DNA of 64,000 nucleotides. Origin: Alphaproteobacteria bacterium. GTDB taxonomy: Bacteria > Pseudomonadota > Alphaproteobacteria > MPNO01 > UBA830. Position numbers and translations under genes: made by a program. How positions within the stretch are numbered: the first letter of the stretch is position 1; every line of letters begins with the position of its first letter. Positions 42,000 to 53,650 of the stretch are shown here, in pieces. Under the pieces are notes generated by a model. That model had not been told where the DNA came from. It made no database searches and saw nothing but the letters and a program-made list of their open reading frames with translations. The stretch is from positions 1,216,001-1,280,000 of the forward strand of contig OZ219790.1 in NCBI GenBank assembly GCA_964291215.2. The letters run 5' to 3'.

Positions 42000-43212
42000 G
42001 GAACGGCCGGTGGGATCCGCCGATCGTTCCGCCGGTACGGTCGCGATCGCCCTCGTCGCAACCACCGCCGTCCAGGCTCTGGTCACGATGGCCACGCTGA
42101 CGATGTCGATCCTGGCGCCGCGTGCGGCGCAGGATATCGGAATTCCCGCCGAGAATATCGGGTTCTACGCCTCGATCGTCTATGTCGGCGCCATGGTGGG
42201 CTCGCTGACCGCGGGCGGTTTCGTGCTTCGCTTCGGTGCTATCAGGTTTTCACAGATCGTCATGCTGACATGCGCAGTCGGACTGGTTATCGGCATCGGC
42301 GCGCATTGGAGCCTGCTGCTGGTTTCTGCTCTCGTCTGCGGGCTCGGCTACGGCCCGACGACACCGGCAAGCAGTCACATTCTTTCCCGCCACACGCCGC
42401 CCCGGTTCCTGTCGCTCGTATTCTCCATCAAGCAGACAGGAGTGCCGCTCGGCGGCCTGATCGCCGGACTGCTCATCCCGCTGTTCCTCGTATGGTTCGA
42501 TTGGCAGGGCGCCATGTGGGCGGTCACCGCCACCGTACTTCTCGGGCTGATTTGCCTGCAACCGACGCGACGGCGTTTCGACCGTAGTCTCGAAGCCGGC
42601 GCTCCGCTCCTGAGGGGAAATATCATCGGCCCCCTGCGCCTCGTGTTCTCGAGACGGGAACTCCGCATCCTGATAGCCGGATCGTTTCTGTTTGCCGCCC
42701 TGCAACAGTGCTACACTTATTTTCTGGTGACATTTCTTCAGACCGATATCGGCTGGTCCAACCAGAAAGCCGGGCTTGCGTTGTCCATTCTCGGCGCCTC
42801 CGGGGTAGTCGGCCGCGTCCTGTGGGGCGCCGTCGCCGATGCGACCGGCCGCAGCGACACCGTGCTCGCCTTCCTCGCCTTCGGCATGGCAGCGAGCGCG
42901 GCGATCACCGCAACGATCACGCCCGATTGGAGCGACTGGTCCGTTCTCGCCATCTGCGCGGCGTTCGGCCTCACAGGCATCGCATGGAACGGTGTCTATC
43001 TTGCCGAAGTGTCGCGACGTGTTGCGCCCGAAGAGGCGAGCCGGGCAACCGGTGGCGGACTCTTCATCACCTTTTCGGGGGTGGTCATCGGACCGGCGAT
43101 CTTCGGTCTGATCACGCAGGTCACGGGAGGATTTTCCGCCAGCTATCTCATCCTCGCCGCAGCCACCGCCACTGCCGGCCTGCCGTTGTTGCGGACAAGA
43201 GAAACTTCATGA
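41992..43212 (+). CDS. MFS transporter
   Basis: ~12 TM segments; 'SIKQTGVPLGG', 'GRVLWGAVAD'. Confidence 0.88.
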   Translation: MTEERPVGSADRSAGTVAIALVATTAVQALVTMATLTMSILAPRAAQDIGIPAENIGFYASIVYVGAMVGSLTAGGFVLRFGAIRFSQIVMLTCAVGLVIGIGAHWSLLLVSALVCGLGYGPTTPASSHILSRHTPPRFLSLVFSIKQTGVPLGGLIAGLLIPLFLVWFDWQGAMWAVTATVLLGLICLQPTRRRFDRSLEAGAPLLRGNIIGPLRLVFSRRELRILIAGSFLFAALQQCYTYFLVTFLQTDIGWSNQKAGLALSILGASGVVGRVLWGAVADATGRSDTVLAFLAFGMAASAAITATITPDWSDWSVLAICAAFGLTGIAWNGVYLAEVSRRVAPEEASRATGGGLFITFSGVVIGPAIFGLITQVTGGFSASYLILAAATATAGLPLLRTRETS

Positions 43213-43404
43213 ACGCGCGCATCGCGCTGGGGGTGCCATCCGCCCCGCAATCCGCGACGCAAGGATGGAACACGCGTCAACGCCATTTCTATCTGCGGTA
43301 GCGGGGTCGAGCCGCCGGTGTTCGCCACCGCCCGGCATCCCGAGAAGCGCGCCGACCTGATAAAGCAGACCAGGGCCGAACACCCGCTGTTTCACACGCA
43401 GGAC

Positions 43405-46182
43405 TTAGACAAGCCGGCCGTGACAGTGCTTGAACTTCCGCCCCGATCCGCAGGGGCACGGTGCGTTGCGCGGAACCTTGCCCCAGGTGCTGACATCCTC
43501 GGGATCGATCCAGCGTCCGAGGCGGTCGTCAAGAACCCAGCCTGAGGGCACCATGTCGTCGGCGACGCTGGCCGGAATCGCAACCGGTGCCGAATCGGGT
43601 CCTGCTCCCGCACCGGCATGCGCGAAAGCCGGATCCTCGCGGGTCATCATGCCCTCTGCCGGATCCGCATGCTCAAGCGCCGCGATCTCGTCGGCCGTGA
43701 TCGATATCTCAAGCCGCGTCATCATCGTGGTCACGTCGGAGCGCAGGCCCGAGAGCATGTCCTCGAACATGTCGAACGCTTCGCGCTTGTATTCGTTCAG
43801 CGGATCTTTCTGGCCGTATGCCCGCAGCCCGATGCCCTGCCGCAGATGGTCAAGCGAGAGCAGGTGCTCCTTCCATGCCTGGTCGAGGTGCTGCAGCAAT
43901 ATGCTCTTCTCGGCCAGGCGCATGATGGAGGGACCGTAGTTCGCCGTCTTCGCGGCCATGAGGTCCTCTGCCCGTTCGGTAATGCGAGACCGGATTTCCT
44001 CGTCCGCTATGCCCTCTTCCGATGCCCAGTCCCCGATCGGCAGATCGAGGTTGAGCAGATCCCGCACACCGTCGCGCAAGACGTCGGTATCCCACTGTTC
44101 CGGATAGGCCTTTTCCGGAATGCACGACGTCACCAAGCCATCGATCACCTGTTCGCGCATGTCGCTGATGGTGTCCGACACATCTTCCGTGACCATGAGG
44201 GTCTTGCGCTGTTCGTAGATCACCTTGCGCTGGTCGTTCATCACATTGTCGAATTTCAGGAGATTCTTTCGGATCTCGAAGTTGCGCTCCTCGACCTTGC
44301 GCTGCGCCTTTTCGATCGCTTTGTTGATCCACGGGTGCACGATCGCTTCCCCGGCCTCGAGGCCGAGGCGCTGAAGCATGTTGTCGATTCGCTCCGATCC
44401 GAAGATGCGCATGAGGTCATCCTCAAGCGACAGATAGAACTTCGAACGCCCGGGATCGCCCTGGCGTCCGGATCGGCCACGCAACTGGTTGTCGATGCGC
44501 CGCGCCTCGTGCCGTTCTGTACCCATCACGTAGAGCCCGCCAGCATCGATCACGATCTTCTTTGCGGCCGCCACTTCGGCCTCGATCTCGGTGCGCAGCG
44601 CCTCGGCACGGCTCTCGCGCTTGGCCGCGGGAAGCTTGGCCAGCTGCTGCTCAAACTGCATCTCGATGTTGCCGCCAAGCTGGATGTCGGTGCCCCGCCC
44701 CGCCATGTTGGTCGCGATCGTCACGGTTCCGGGCCGGCCAGCCTGGGCAATTATGTAGGCTTCCTGCTCGTGGAACCGGGCGTTGAGAACGTTGTGCTCG
44801 ATCTGGTTCTTCGTCAGCAGCTCCGACAGCTGCTCCGAACGCTCGATGGAAATGGTGCCGACGAGAATCGGTTGCTGTCGTCGCTGACATTCCCTGATCT
44901 CATCGAGGATGGCCGCGTACTTCTCGTCGGCGGTCCGGTAGACCTCGTCATCCTCGTCGGCGCGGATCATCAGCACATTGGTCGGAATCTCGACCACTTC
45001 GAGGCCGTAAATGTCTGCGAATTCCGGAGCTTCCGTCATTGCCGTTCCCGTCATGCCGGCAAGTTTGGGATAGAGACGAAAGTAGTTCTGGAACGTGATC
45101 GAAGCGAGGGTCTGGTTCTCCCGCTGGACCGAAACCCCCTCCTTGGCCTCGATCGCCTGATGCAGCCCCTCGGAATACCGCCGGCCCTCCATCATCCGGC
45201 CGGTGAATTCATCGATTATGACGATCGAGTCGTCCTTGACGATATATTCGGTGTCCCGCTCGAAGAGCTTGTGCGCCCTGAGGGCCTGATTGACGTGATG
45301 GACCAGCGCGACATTCGAGACGTCATAGAGCGACGCGCCGGCGAGCATGCCCATCCCTTCCAGGGTCCGCTCGACATGTTCCGTTCCCGATTCGGTCAGC
45401 GTCACGGCGCGCTGCTTCTCGTCTTTCTCGTAGTCTTCCGGAGCAAGCTGAGGAATGACCTTGTCGATGGCCAAATAGAGGTTCGCCGCATCTTCGACAG
45501 CCCCGGAGATGATCAGCGGGGTTCGCGCCTCGTCGATAAAGATGTTGTCGACCTCGTCGACGATCGCATAGTTGAACTCGCGCTGCACCATGTCCTCAAG
45601 ACTGAATTTCATGTTGTCGCGCAGGTAGTCGAAACCGAATTCGTTGTTGGTTCCGTACGTCACATCGCTGGCGTAGGCATCACGGCGGCCGGACTCGCTG
45701 AGCCCCTGCGTGATGCAACCCACCGTCAGACCGAGAAACCGGTAGATTGCCCCCATCCATTCGGCATCGCGCTGCGCAAGATAGTCATTGACGGTAACGA
45801 CATGGACGCCGCGGCCGGAAAGTGCATTCAGGTAGACCGGCAGCGTCGCCACCAACGTCTTGCCTTCCCCCGTCTTCATTTCCGCGATCTTGCCCTCGTG
45901 CAGCACCGTGCCGCCCATCAACTGCACATCGTAGTGGCGCTGGCCGAGCGTGCGTTTGGCCGCTTCGCGCACCGTCGCGAAGGCCTCGGTCAACAGGTCG
46001 CCAAGGTCTTCTCCCGCCGCGAGCCGTTCGCGAAACATGTCGGTTCGCGCGCGCAGGGCGTCGTCCGACAGCTTTTCAAACTCGGGTTCCAGGGCATTGA
46101 TTTTCGCAACCCCGTCCAGAAGCCTCTTAATTTCCCTGTCATTTGCGCTGCCAAACAGGCGGCGCGCCAATCCGTCGAGCAT
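43405..46182 (-). CDS. secA: Preprotein translocase subunit SecA
   Basis: 'EMKTGEGKT', 'IVDEVD', '[10 protein letters not shown]', 'RSGRQGDPG', SEC-C '[13 protein letters not shown]'. Confidence 0.98.
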   Translation of the reverse strand: MLDGLARRLFGSANDREIKRLLDGVAKINALEPEFEKLSDDALRARTDMFRERLAAGEDLGDLLTEAFATVREAAKRTLGQRHYDVQLMGGTVLHEGKIAEMKTGEGKTLVATLPVYLNALSGRGVHVVTVNDYLAQRDAEWMGAIYRFLGLTVGCITQGLSESGRRDAYASDVTYGTNNEFGFDYLRDNMKFSLEDMVQREFNYAIVDEVDNIFIDEARTPLIISGAVEDAANLYLAIDKVIPQLAPEDYEKDEKQRAVTLTESGTEHVERTLEGMGMLAGASLYDVSNVALVHHVNQALRAHKLFERDTEYIVKDDSIVIIDEFTGRMMEGRRYSEGLHQAIEAKEGVSVQRENQTLASITFQNYFRLYPKLAGMTGTAMTEAPEFADIYGLEVVEIPTNVLMIRADEDDEVYRTADEKYAAILDEIRECQRRQQPILVGTISIERSEQLSELLTKNQIEHNVLNARFHEQEAYIIAQAGRPGTVTIATNMAGRGTDIQLGGNIEMQFEQQLAKLPAAKRESRAEALRTEIEAEVAAAKKIVIDAGGLYVMGTERHEARRIDNQLRGRSGRQGDPGRSKFYLSLEDDLMRIFGSERIDNMLQRLGLEAGEAIVHPWINKAIEKAQRKVEERNFEIRKNLLKFDNVMNDQRKVIYEQRKTLMVTEDVSDTISDMREQVIDGLVTSCIPEKAYPEQWDTDVLRDGVRDLLNLDLPIGDWASEEGIADEEIRSRITERAEDLMAAKTANYGPSIMRLAEKSILLQHLDQAWKEHLLSLDHLRQGIGLRAYGQKDPLNEYKREAFDMFEDMLSGLRSDVTTMMTRLEISITADEIAALEHADPAEGMMTREDPAFAHAGAGAGPDSAPVAIPASVADDMVPSGWVLDDRLGRWIDPEDVSTWGKVPRNAPCPCGSGRKFKHCHGRLV

Positions 46183-46629
46183 GTTCTTTCGCGGCCCCGC
46201 GTCCGAAGTTCCGTGCTGTCCATAATGGTGTTGTGCAGCGGCACAGACCATATAGCACACCCGGCCGGAAAAGGACAGTTGCAACGCCCTTTGCCTGCCG
46301 TTTCCGCACCGCACACCACAACGGAAGAAGGCCAATCCGAGCCGTGCGCCGCGAGACCTGTTGCGTCAGCGCGCGGGCGCCAGGATCTTGTTTATGTAAA
46401 CCTGTCATGCTAGTGAATTCCGCCGTGGGGAAGCCGCCGCACCGCCAACTCGTGCTGCGCTTGACAGTGAGAACAGCCGCGACTGCCCTTCCTCCCGGCC
46501 TCGCCGCCCGCCTAGCAGCCTGCGTCGCCGGGACACGGTCCTGCCGCATGTCGGAACGGCATACATGTCCCTGATTGCGGCCACTGCGGTGACAGCTGCC
46601 GTGCCCGGCCCAACGTGAAGAGAAACCGG

Positions 46630-47859
46630 ATGACGACGATTTCGCCTCTGGCGCCGACCGAGTTTCCATCGCTGCCGGCGGTATCCGGTGTCTCAGTTGC
46701 CGCTGCCTGCAGTGGCGTCCGCTATTCCGGCAAGCCGGATGTCTTCCTGGCGTCGATGATCCCGGGCACGCAGGCAGCCGGCGTTCTCACCCGTTCGCAA
46801 ACCGCCGCCGCCCCGGTCGACTGGTGCCGCAAGGCCCTGCGACGTGGCCGCGCCAGGGCCGTCATCGTCAACTCCGGCAATGCGAATGCCTTTACGGGCC
46901 TCGAAGGGCGCAAGTCCGTCGAGAGAACCGTGGACAAGGTCGCGGACACGCTGAACTGTCCGAAATCCCAAGTGTTCGTGGCCTCAACAGGCGTCATCGG
47001 AGAGCCGCTCCCCGACGACCGCATCCGACGGTCGCTTGCCGGCCTCCGCGATGCCCTCTCTCCTGACGCCTGGAAGGACGCGGCGACCGCGATCATGACA
47101 ACCGACACCTTCCCGAAGGGCGCCTGGCGGCGAACCTCCATCGGCGATACCGAGGTCACCCTGACAGGCATCGCCAAGGGCTCCGGCATGATTGCACCGG
47201 ACATGGCAACCATGCTTGCCTTCATCTTCAGCGACGTGGCGGTCTCGGCGACGGTGCTGCAGAACATCCTGTCGCGCGGCATCGACCGGTCCTTCAATTC
47301 GATCACCGTGGACGGCGACACCTCGACAAGCGACACTGCTCTCCTGTTTGCCACCGGCGCCGCCGGAAACAGGCCGATCGTTGCCATGAACGATCGCAGG
47401 CTCCACGCTTTCCGCACCGCGCTCGACGGCATTCTCGTCGATCTTGCCCATCAGGTCGTCCGTGACGGAGAAGGCGCCAGCAAGTTCGTCAGCGTCAACG
47501 TCAGCGGAGCGCGGTCCGCGCGCGCAGCGAAGAGAATCGCCCTTTCGATCGCCAACTCACCGCTGGTCAAGACCGCAATCGCCGGCGAAGACGCCAATTG
47601 GGGCCGGATCGTGATGGCCGTCGGAAAGTCGGGAGAAAAGGCCGACCGCGACCGCCTCCGCATCAGCATCGGTGGCATTCGCGTGACTGACGGGGGGCGC
47701 GCCGTCCCGGACTATGACGAGGCGCCGGTAGCACGTCACATGCAGGGACGTGAGATAGACATCAATGTCGATCTGCAGATCGGCAAGGGCGCAGCCACCG
47801 TCTGGACTTGTGACCTTACCCATGACTACATCTCGATCAATGGGGACTACAGGTCTTGA
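46630..47859 (+). CDS. argJ: Bifunctional glutamate N-acetyltransferase/amino-acid acetyltransferase
   Basis: 'NSGNANAFTG', 'AKGSGMIAPDMATML', 'DGEGASK', 'WTCDLT..YISINGDYRS'. Confidence 0.97.
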   Translation: MTTISPLAPTEFPSLPAVSGVSVAAACSGVRYSGKPDVFLASMIPGTQAAGVLTRSQTAAAPVDWCRKALRRGRARAVIVNSGNANAFTGLEGRKSVERTVDKVADTLNCPKSQVFVASTGVIGEPLPDDRIRRSLAGLRDALSPDAWKDAATAIMTTDTFPKGAWRRTSIGDTEVTLTGIAKGSGMIAPDMATMLAFIFSDVAVSATVLQNILSRGIDRSFNSITVDGDTSTSDTALLFATGAAGNRPIVAMNDRRLHAFRTALDGILVDLAHQVVRDGEGASKFVSVNVSGARSARAAKRIALSIANSPLVKTAIAGEDANWGRIVMAVGKSGEKADRDRLRISIGGIRVTDGGRAVPDYDEAPVARHMQGREIDINVDLQIGKGAATVWTCDLTHDYISINGDYRS

Positions 47860-48001
47860 CGGGCGTCGCGGACAGGACGGCTTCGCAAACCGCTCCGGCG
47901 CGAGCCACCCGGAAGCCCGGTCAAACGCTCTTCTCCACTCCCCCTGATATCCAGCAGGAGCGTACGCGGTCAGGAACCTGTTGCGAACCGGCACCCCGAA
48001 C

Positions 48002-48409
48002 ATGACGGGGCTCCCCATCACGCTCGTCGTTGCGGTCGCACTGATCGATGTCGATGGCCGCGTGCTGATCAGCCGGCGCCCACCTGGAAAACACCTTGCC
48101 GGGCTGTGGGAATTTCCGGGCGGCAAGGTCGGCCGCAGCGAAGCGCCGGAACAGGCGCTGATCCGGGAACTTCACGAGGAGCTTGGAATCGAAACGGACG
48201 AGAGCTGCATCGCACCCCTGACATTTGCCTCGCACGCCTATGGCGAGTTTCATCTGCTGATGCCGCTCTATGTTTGTCGGAAATGGAAGGGTCGTGCGCA
48301 ACCGATGGAAGGACAAGAAATCAAATGGGTTCGAACCGACCAGATGGCTGCGTACCCGATGCCGCCCGCGGACCGACCGCTGGTTGCCATGCTTCGCGAC
48401 TTCCTTTGA
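48002..48409 (+). CDS. mutT: 8-oxo-dGTP diphosphatase
   Basis: Nudix box 'WEFPGGKV..SEAPEQALIRELHEELG'; follows argJ. Confidence 0.92.
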   Translation: MTGLPITLVVAVALIDVDGRVLISRRPPGKHLAGLWEFPGGKVGRSEAPEQALIRELHEELGIETDESCIAPLTFASHAYGEFHLLMPLYVCRKWKGRAQPMEGQEIKWVRTDQMAAYPMPPADRPLVAMLRDFL

Positions 48410-48510
48410 AGCAGCTGCCGCTTCGCGCTTCCGCCCGGACCAGAAAGGACAATGATGCCCGAGTCCGCGCTCGCTTTCGGATCGGCTGCTCGCGCGCAGC
48501 GGGGTAACGC

Positions 48511-49749
48511 ATGACCACCGTCGTCCGCAGCGATTCGCACCACTGCTGGATTGTCGTTGCGATTTCCTTCATCGCGCTCGCGTGCACGTTCGGCGCACGA
48601 TCTTCCGTCGGCATGGTGCTGCCGTCGTGGCGTACCGAACTTGGCTGGACAGGATCGGAATCGGCAACCGGGGCGGTGCTGGTTCTCGTCATGATGGCCA
48701 TCGGCTCGCCGGTTGCGGGCAATTTCATGGATCAGTATGGCGCACGGCGCATCTTCAGCGGCGGCCTCATCGCGCTCGCTCTCGGAATCGGAGGTACCGC
48801 CTTCGCCACTCAGCCTTTCCACTACTACATCCTGTTCGGATTGATCGGCGGCATCGGCTGGGCGTCCGTCTCGATCCCGCTCGTGACCGCGGCGGTATCA
48901 CGGTATTTCACTCGAATGCGCGGCCTCGCGGTTGGCATCGCGGTATCGGGAGCAAGCGGGGGCCAGCTTCCGGTGCTGTCCGCGCTCGGTATCCTGATCG
49001 CCACGGTCGGCTGGCGCGACACCTATCTGATCCTCGCGACAGTCATGGTGGCGCTCGCCGCCCTCGTCGCCCTGCGGTTCAGGCCCCCGGAAGACGCAAC
49101 CGCCGGTGAAGCGTCCGGCAACAAAACGGGGCCGCTATACGAACGGCTTGGCTCCCTCTTCGTCAACCGCACGTTCCTGCTTCTGTTCGCGGCGTTCTTT
49201 CTGTGCGGCTTCACAACCGCCGGGATTATCGATGTCTATTTCATTCCCTATGCCATTACCTGCGGCTACACCCTCGTCGAAGGATCAGCAGCCTATGGGG
49301 TCCACGGGATAGGGAACCTTGTCGGCGTCATATTCTTCTCCTGGCTGGCCGACCATGTCCACCGGCCACACCTGCTGGCCAGCATGTTCTTCCTTCGCGC
49401 CGCAAGTTTCGGGCTCCTCCTGCTGATCGCCGCGGACATCAGGTTGATGTTCGTGTTCGCGGCAGTGTTCGGCGTGTTGAATTTCGCGACCTTTCCCGTC
49501 ATCGCGAATATCGTGGTCACCCACATCGGCATTCGCATTCTCGGCCTCACCCTCGGTCTCCTGTTCGGCGGGCATTCGCTGGGCGCCGCCATCGGTGTTG
49601 CCAGCGGAGGCTGGCTATTCGATCTCACAGCGAGATATGAGTGGATCTGGTGGATGGCGATCCCGCTGGCGGCGCTTGCCGGCGTGTTCGCGATTCTTGT
49701 ACACGAGACCCGCACCCCCCGCACCGTGGCGCGTACCGCAGCAGCCTGA
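48511..49749 (+). CDS. MFS transporter (OFA/MCT-like)
   Basis: ~12 TM segments; 'DQYGARR', 'RGLAVGI'. Confidence 0.88.
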   Translation: MTTVVRSDSHHCWIVVAISFIALACTFGARSSVGMVLPSWRTELGWTGSESATGAVLVLVMMAIGSPVAGNFMDQYGARRIFSGGLIALALGIGGTAFATQPFHYYILFGLIGGIGWASVSIPLVTAAVSRYFTRMRGLAVGIAVSGASGGQLPVLSALGILIATVGWRDTYLILATVMVALAALVALRFRPPEDATAGEASGNKTGPLYERLGSLFVNRTFLLLFAAFFLCGFTTAGIIDVYFIPYAITCGYTLVEGSAAYGVHGIGNLVGVIFFSWLADHVHRPHLLASMFFLRAASFGLLLLIAADIRLMFVFAAVFGVLNFATFPVIANIVVTHIGIRILGLTLGLLFGGHSLGAAIGVASGGWLFDLTARYEWIWWMAIPLAALAGVFAILVHETRTPRTVARTAAA

Positions 49750-49755
49750 ATTCGC

Positions 49756-50667
49756 TCACTGTCGGGGGCCGGCAGGCTCCCCTGCGGGCCGTTCTTCAGT
49801 ACCGAGCACCGCAGCAAGCCGCTGACCGGCAGACCCCGGCTGCAAAGGCCGAGGCTGCGCGTCGTCAGGCGCCCAGCCCGTCATCCAGATGATCTGGAAG
49901 GTAGCCGGAATACGCCCGTCCCGACATCCATGAACGGCCCGGTAGCGGTCGGCTGCGGCGCCGAGCATGTCGCGCCGCAGGAAGCCGCGGCTGCGCTGGA
50001 GGACGGCATTGGTTTGACCCATCGCACGAAGATCACGCATCAGCGCCAGCAGATCAGCATAAGTGGCGGTGACAGTGTCGACATCAACAACCGGCAGTGA
50101 AAAACCCGCACGCTGCATCAACGCAACGGCATCGGGAGGCGCTGCCATCGGTGAGGTGCGCGGACGGGCGCCGCCTGTGATCTCGTATTCCGCGCCAAGA
50201 AAGGCGTCTCGCAACTCGATCAGCGTATCGCCGCCGAGCAGCGCACCGATGAAGAGGCCGTCTGGCCTCAGGCTGCGACGAATTTGGACAAGCGCACCCG
50301 GGACATCGTTCACCCAGTGCAGCGCAAGACGGGACAGGACGAGGTCAAACGCGCCCTCCGCAAAGGGCAGGAATTCGTCGTCGAACACCACTGCCGGACG
50401 GGCCCCGCGGCAGCGCAACATCCCTTCGGCAAGATCTCCGCGGACCAGGAGCGCCGACGGCGGATCCAGCCTGTGGTCCGCTGGCTCTCCGCCCCCCCTG
50501 CCGATGTCCAGGATTGCCCCGAAATTCCTGCCGGTATCCCGCAGGCGCTCGACCAGCTGCTCCGCGATCTCAAGGCGCAGAAAATCATCCGCCGCATTCG
50601 AGGCAGCCGCGCGGCTGCGGTGGCGGCGGACTGCGCGGCGATCGAAAATCATCGTGCTGTCAGCCAC
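49756..50667 (-). CDS. SAM-dependent methyltransferase (BioC/NDUFAF5-like)
   Basis: 'IFDRRAV', 'LPFAEGAFDLVLS.LALHWVND.PG.L.QIRR.L.PDG', 'GW.P...QP.PL.PGS'. Confidence 0.88.
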   Translation of the reverse strand: MADSTMIFDRRAVRRHRSRAAASNAADDFLRLEIAEQLVERLRDTGRNFGAILDIGRGGGEPADHRLDPPSALLVRGDLAEGMLRCRGARPAVVFDDEFLPFAEGAFDLVLSRLALHWVNDVPGALVQIRRSLRPDGLFIGALLGGDTLIELRDAFLGAEYEITGGARPRTSPMAAPPDAVALMQRAGFSLPVVDVDTVTATYADLLALMRDLRAMGQTNAVLQRSRGFLRRDMLGAAADRYRAVHGCRDGRIPATFQIIWMTGWAPDDAQPRPLQPGSAGQRLAAVLGTEERPAGEPAGPRQ

Positions 50668-50866
50668 TGAACGGCCTCCCGGGCCCTGCGGCCCGTTCTG
50701 CGCGGCCGAAGCCGCGCCGCCTCCTCCGGACACGCCACCACCATTGGCGAAACGACCATTTGGCTATACATATACACCAGCATGTCCGGCACCGACCATG
50801 CCCGGCTCGGCAATGCCTCAGGCGGGATGACACCGGATTTCTCCAACGGCAAGCAGGGACAACCCG

Positions 50867-51136
50867 ATGGCACACGTCGAGATCTATTCCAGCATGTTCT
50901 GTCCGTTCTGCTTTCGCGCCAAACGCCTCCTGTCGGCGAGAGGCGTCTCCTTTGATGAGATCGATGTCGACACTGATTCCGTCCGGCGCCGTGAAATGAC
51001 AGCCCGCGCAAACGGTCGGAAAACCGTGCCGCAGATATTCATTGATGGCACCCATGTCGGCGGCTCCGACGATCTCGCATCGCTCGACCGCTCCGGAGGC
51101 CTCGACGAACTCCTGGGCGTCGCCGGACAACCGTGA
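50867..51136 (+). CDS. grxC: Glutaredoxin 3
   Basis: 'CPFC', 'TVPQIFI', 'GGSDDL'. Confidence 0.95.
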   Translation: MAHVEIYSSMFCPFCFRAKRLLSARGVSFDEIDVDTDSVRRREMTARANGRKTVPQIFIDGTHVGGSDDLASLDRSGGLDELLGVAGQP

Positions 51137-51975
51137 TGACCGGCGTCCTGCGCCTCGCCTGTGTGCAACTTTGCACCGGAAACGACATCGCACGGAATAT
51201 TGCGCATGCTGAAGACCTCGTGCGCGAAGCGGCCGATGCAGGCGCGGATCTGGTCTCGCTTCCTGAGTGCGCCGCGCTCATCGAACCGGACCGTGCAGCC
51301 TTTCGCCGCAAGGCTGTTCTCGAGGAGGAGCACCTGGCGCTGAGCGCCTTCGCTTCGATGGCTCGTGAACTCGGAATCTGGATGCATGTCGGGTCGCTGG
51401 CGGTCCGCCGCGGAGATGGCGGCATTGCCAATCGCACATATCTCATCGATGCCGGCGGGCACGTGATTGCCAGATACGACAAGATTCACATGTTCGATGT
51501 CGACCTGACGAACGGCGAGACCTTTCGCGAATCGGACTCCTACCAGCCAGGCACAAAGGCGGTCTTCGCCGATCTCCCGTGGGGTCGGCTCGGGCTGACC
51601 ATCTGTTACGATGTCCGCTTTCCGGCCCTTTACGGGCATCTCGCTCGCTGCGGGGCGCTTTTCATTGCAGTGCCGTCGGCCTTCACCCGGCGAACCGGCA
51701 GCGTCCATTGGGAGATCCTCCTTCGTGCCCGGGCAATCGAGACCGGTTCCTGGATCTTTGCTGCCGCGCAGTGTGGCAGCCATGGCGGCGGGCGCGAAAG
51801 TTATGGACATTCCCTGATCGTAGATCCCTGGGGCCACGTGCTGGCCGACGGCGGCGAGAATGTCGGCGTCATCGTGGCCGACATCGATCCGGCCCGCACG
51901 GCCGAAGCGCGCGAGGCGATTCCGGTGCTCGCCAACGCCCGCGACTTCGCGCCCGCAGCCGTACAGGAGCGTTAG
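51133..51975 (+). CDS. Carbon-nitrogen hydrolase (Nit1-like)
   Basis: 'LPE', 'YDKIHMFDV', 'ICYDVRFP', 'RARAIE', 'YGHSLIVDPWG'. Confidence 0.93.
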   Translation: MMTGVLRLACVQLCTGNDIARNIAHAEDLVREAADAGADLVSLPECAALIEPDRAAFRRKAVLEEEHLALSAFASMARELGIWMHVGSLAVRRGDGGIANRTYLIDAGGHVIARYDKIHMFDVDLTNGETFRESDSYQPGTKAVFADLPWGRLGLTICYDVRFPALYGHLARCGALFIAVPSAFTRRTGSVHWEILLRARAIETGSWIFAAAQCGSHGGGRESYGHSLIVDPWGHVLADGGENVGVIVADIDPARTAEAREAIPVLANARDFAPAAVQER

Positions 51976-52210
51976 GAGGCAGCCGCGCGCAGTTCAGATC
52001 CGGCCAGCTGTCGCAGGCCGACAGCGCCCGGTGCCACACCATCGAGCGGTTTTCCGGCCCACCGGCAACTCGCGGATGGCTGTCGCATCATCCGCGGACG
52101 CCTTGAGAGGCAACAGTCTTCCCCCTTGCCGCGGATCACCGATTAACCTGTCGATCCGAAACAGGAAATTGCCGCTTGGCAAATGAAGATTTTGTTCTAA
52201 TCTAGAAGAC

Positions 52211-52702
52211 ATGATCGTATTTGATGTCACCTGCAAGAACGGCCATACCTTTGAAGGCTGGTTCAAGGACAGCGATACCTTTGACAGCCTCGTGTCAAAG
52301 GGCGAAGTCGCGTGCCCGATCTGTGGCGATACACATGTCAGAAAAGGCCTTGTCGCGCCCCGGCTCGGCGGGATGCGCAAGGGCAAGGACAGCCTCTCCG
52401 CGCCAGAGCCTGCAGAGGCCGTGCAGGCAGTGGATCACGGCAAGGCCGACGGCGACAAGAAAAAGGCGGATGCCGAAGAGTTCAGGGAATTCCTCTCTAC
52501 CGTCCACGAATTGAAGCGGCATGTGGAAGAGAACAGCACCTATGTCGGCGACCGGTTTCCCGAAGAAGCCCGCAAGATTCACTATGGCGAGACCGAGCCG
52601 CAGTCGATATACGGCGAGGCCACGTCGAAGGAAGCGGCAAAACTCAACGACGAGGGCATCGAGTTTCACCGCATCCCCTGGCCCGCAAAGCCCGACGCGT
52701 AA
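52211..52702 (+). CDS. DUF1178 family protein
   Basis: 'C..GH.FEGWF', 'CPICG', 'VGDRF.EEARKIHYGE'. Confidence 0.92.
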   Translation: MIVFDVTCKNGHTFEGWFKDSDTFDSLVSKGEVACPICGDTHVRKGLVAPRLGGMRKGKDSLSAPEPAEAVQAVDHGKADGDKKKADAEEFREFLSTVHELKRHVEENSTYVGDRFPEEARKIHYGETEPQSIYGEATSKEAAKLNDEGIEFHRIPWPAKPDA

Positions 52703-52738
52703 CCGACCAACGTGTCTCCGGGGACGGCCTCCGCGTGG

Positions 52739-53500
52739 TCACCGGCTCAAGCGCTCGGCCGTCAGGATGTAGTTTACCGAGACATTGGCACTCCGCCGCC
52801 ACTCACCCGCCAGCGGATCGAACGAGAGGCCCGAGAGGTCGCTGACCGCGAAGCCGTTCTGCCGCAATGCACGCGCGAGTTCGGAAGGACGAACGAACCT
52901 GCGCCAGTCATGCGTCCCGCGCGGCAACCAGCGCAAAAGGTACTCGGCAGCGACAATTCCCTCCAGAAATGCCCGCGGCGTCCGGTTCAGCGTCGCCGCT
53001 ATTATCGCCCCGCCATCGGCAACCGCAGACGTGCAGCACTCGATGAACAGACCAACATCCGCCACATGCTCCACAACCTCCATGCATAGCACGGCATCGA
53101 ACCGCTCACCGGCGTCCTGCATATCCTCGATAGTGACGCAACGGTAGTCGATATCGACGCCCTCCTCGCGTGCATGCGCCCGGGCGGCACCGACATTGGC
53201 GCCCGAAACGTCGATCCCGGTCACTGACGCGCCCATGCGCGCCAATGGCTCCGAAACCAGACCGCCTCCGCATCCGACATCGAGGATCCTGAGTCCGGCG
53301 AGCGCGTCGAACGAACGGCAGTTCCGGCCGAAAACCTTGCACAGGCGATCCCGGATATATTCAAGGCGGACGGGATTGAACCTGTGCAACGGCGCGAAAT
53401 CACCGCCGGAATCCCACCATTGGCTGGCAAGCGCCGAAAATCGGGCGATCTCCGCCGGATCGACTGTCGTCCGGCCGTCATCGCGTCCGGTTTCCACCAT
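52739..53500 (-). CDS. ubiG: Ubiquinone biosynthesis O-methyltransferase
   Basis: 'WWD..G.FAPLH..NP.R', 'LDVGCGGG', 'EVVEHV', 'LPRGTHDW'. Confidence 0.95.
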   Translation of the reverse strand: MVETGRDDGRTTVDPAEIARFSALASQWWDSGGDFAPLHRFNPVRLEYIRDRLCKVFGRNCRSFDALAGLRILDVGCGGGLVSEPLARMGASVTGIDVSGANVGAARAHAREEGVDIDYRCVTIEDMQDAGERFDAVLCMEVVEHVADVGLFIECCTSAVADGGAIIAATLNRTPRAFLEGIVAAEYLLRWLPRGTHDWRRFVRPSELARALRQNGFAVSDLSGLSFDPLAGEWRRSANVSVNYILTAERLSR

Positions 53501-53650
53501 CGCCCAGTCTCCTTGCCACAAAACCTGCCTGCGAGTATCTATGCGCCCGCACCGCTCGGGGCAAGCGCGAGATTCCCGCACTGTCTCCGAAACACCTGGT
53601 TCCCTGCCGGCATCGCTTCGCTGGCGGGCAGGGCCGGCTGGATCAGGATC

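Noticed and set aside
40440-42095. 551-aa ORF on the - strand
   Set aside because: Shadow of the DUF1015 gene.
43618-46413. 931-aa ORF on the + strand
   Set aside because: Antisense shadow of secA, typical of high-GC codon bias; no motifs.
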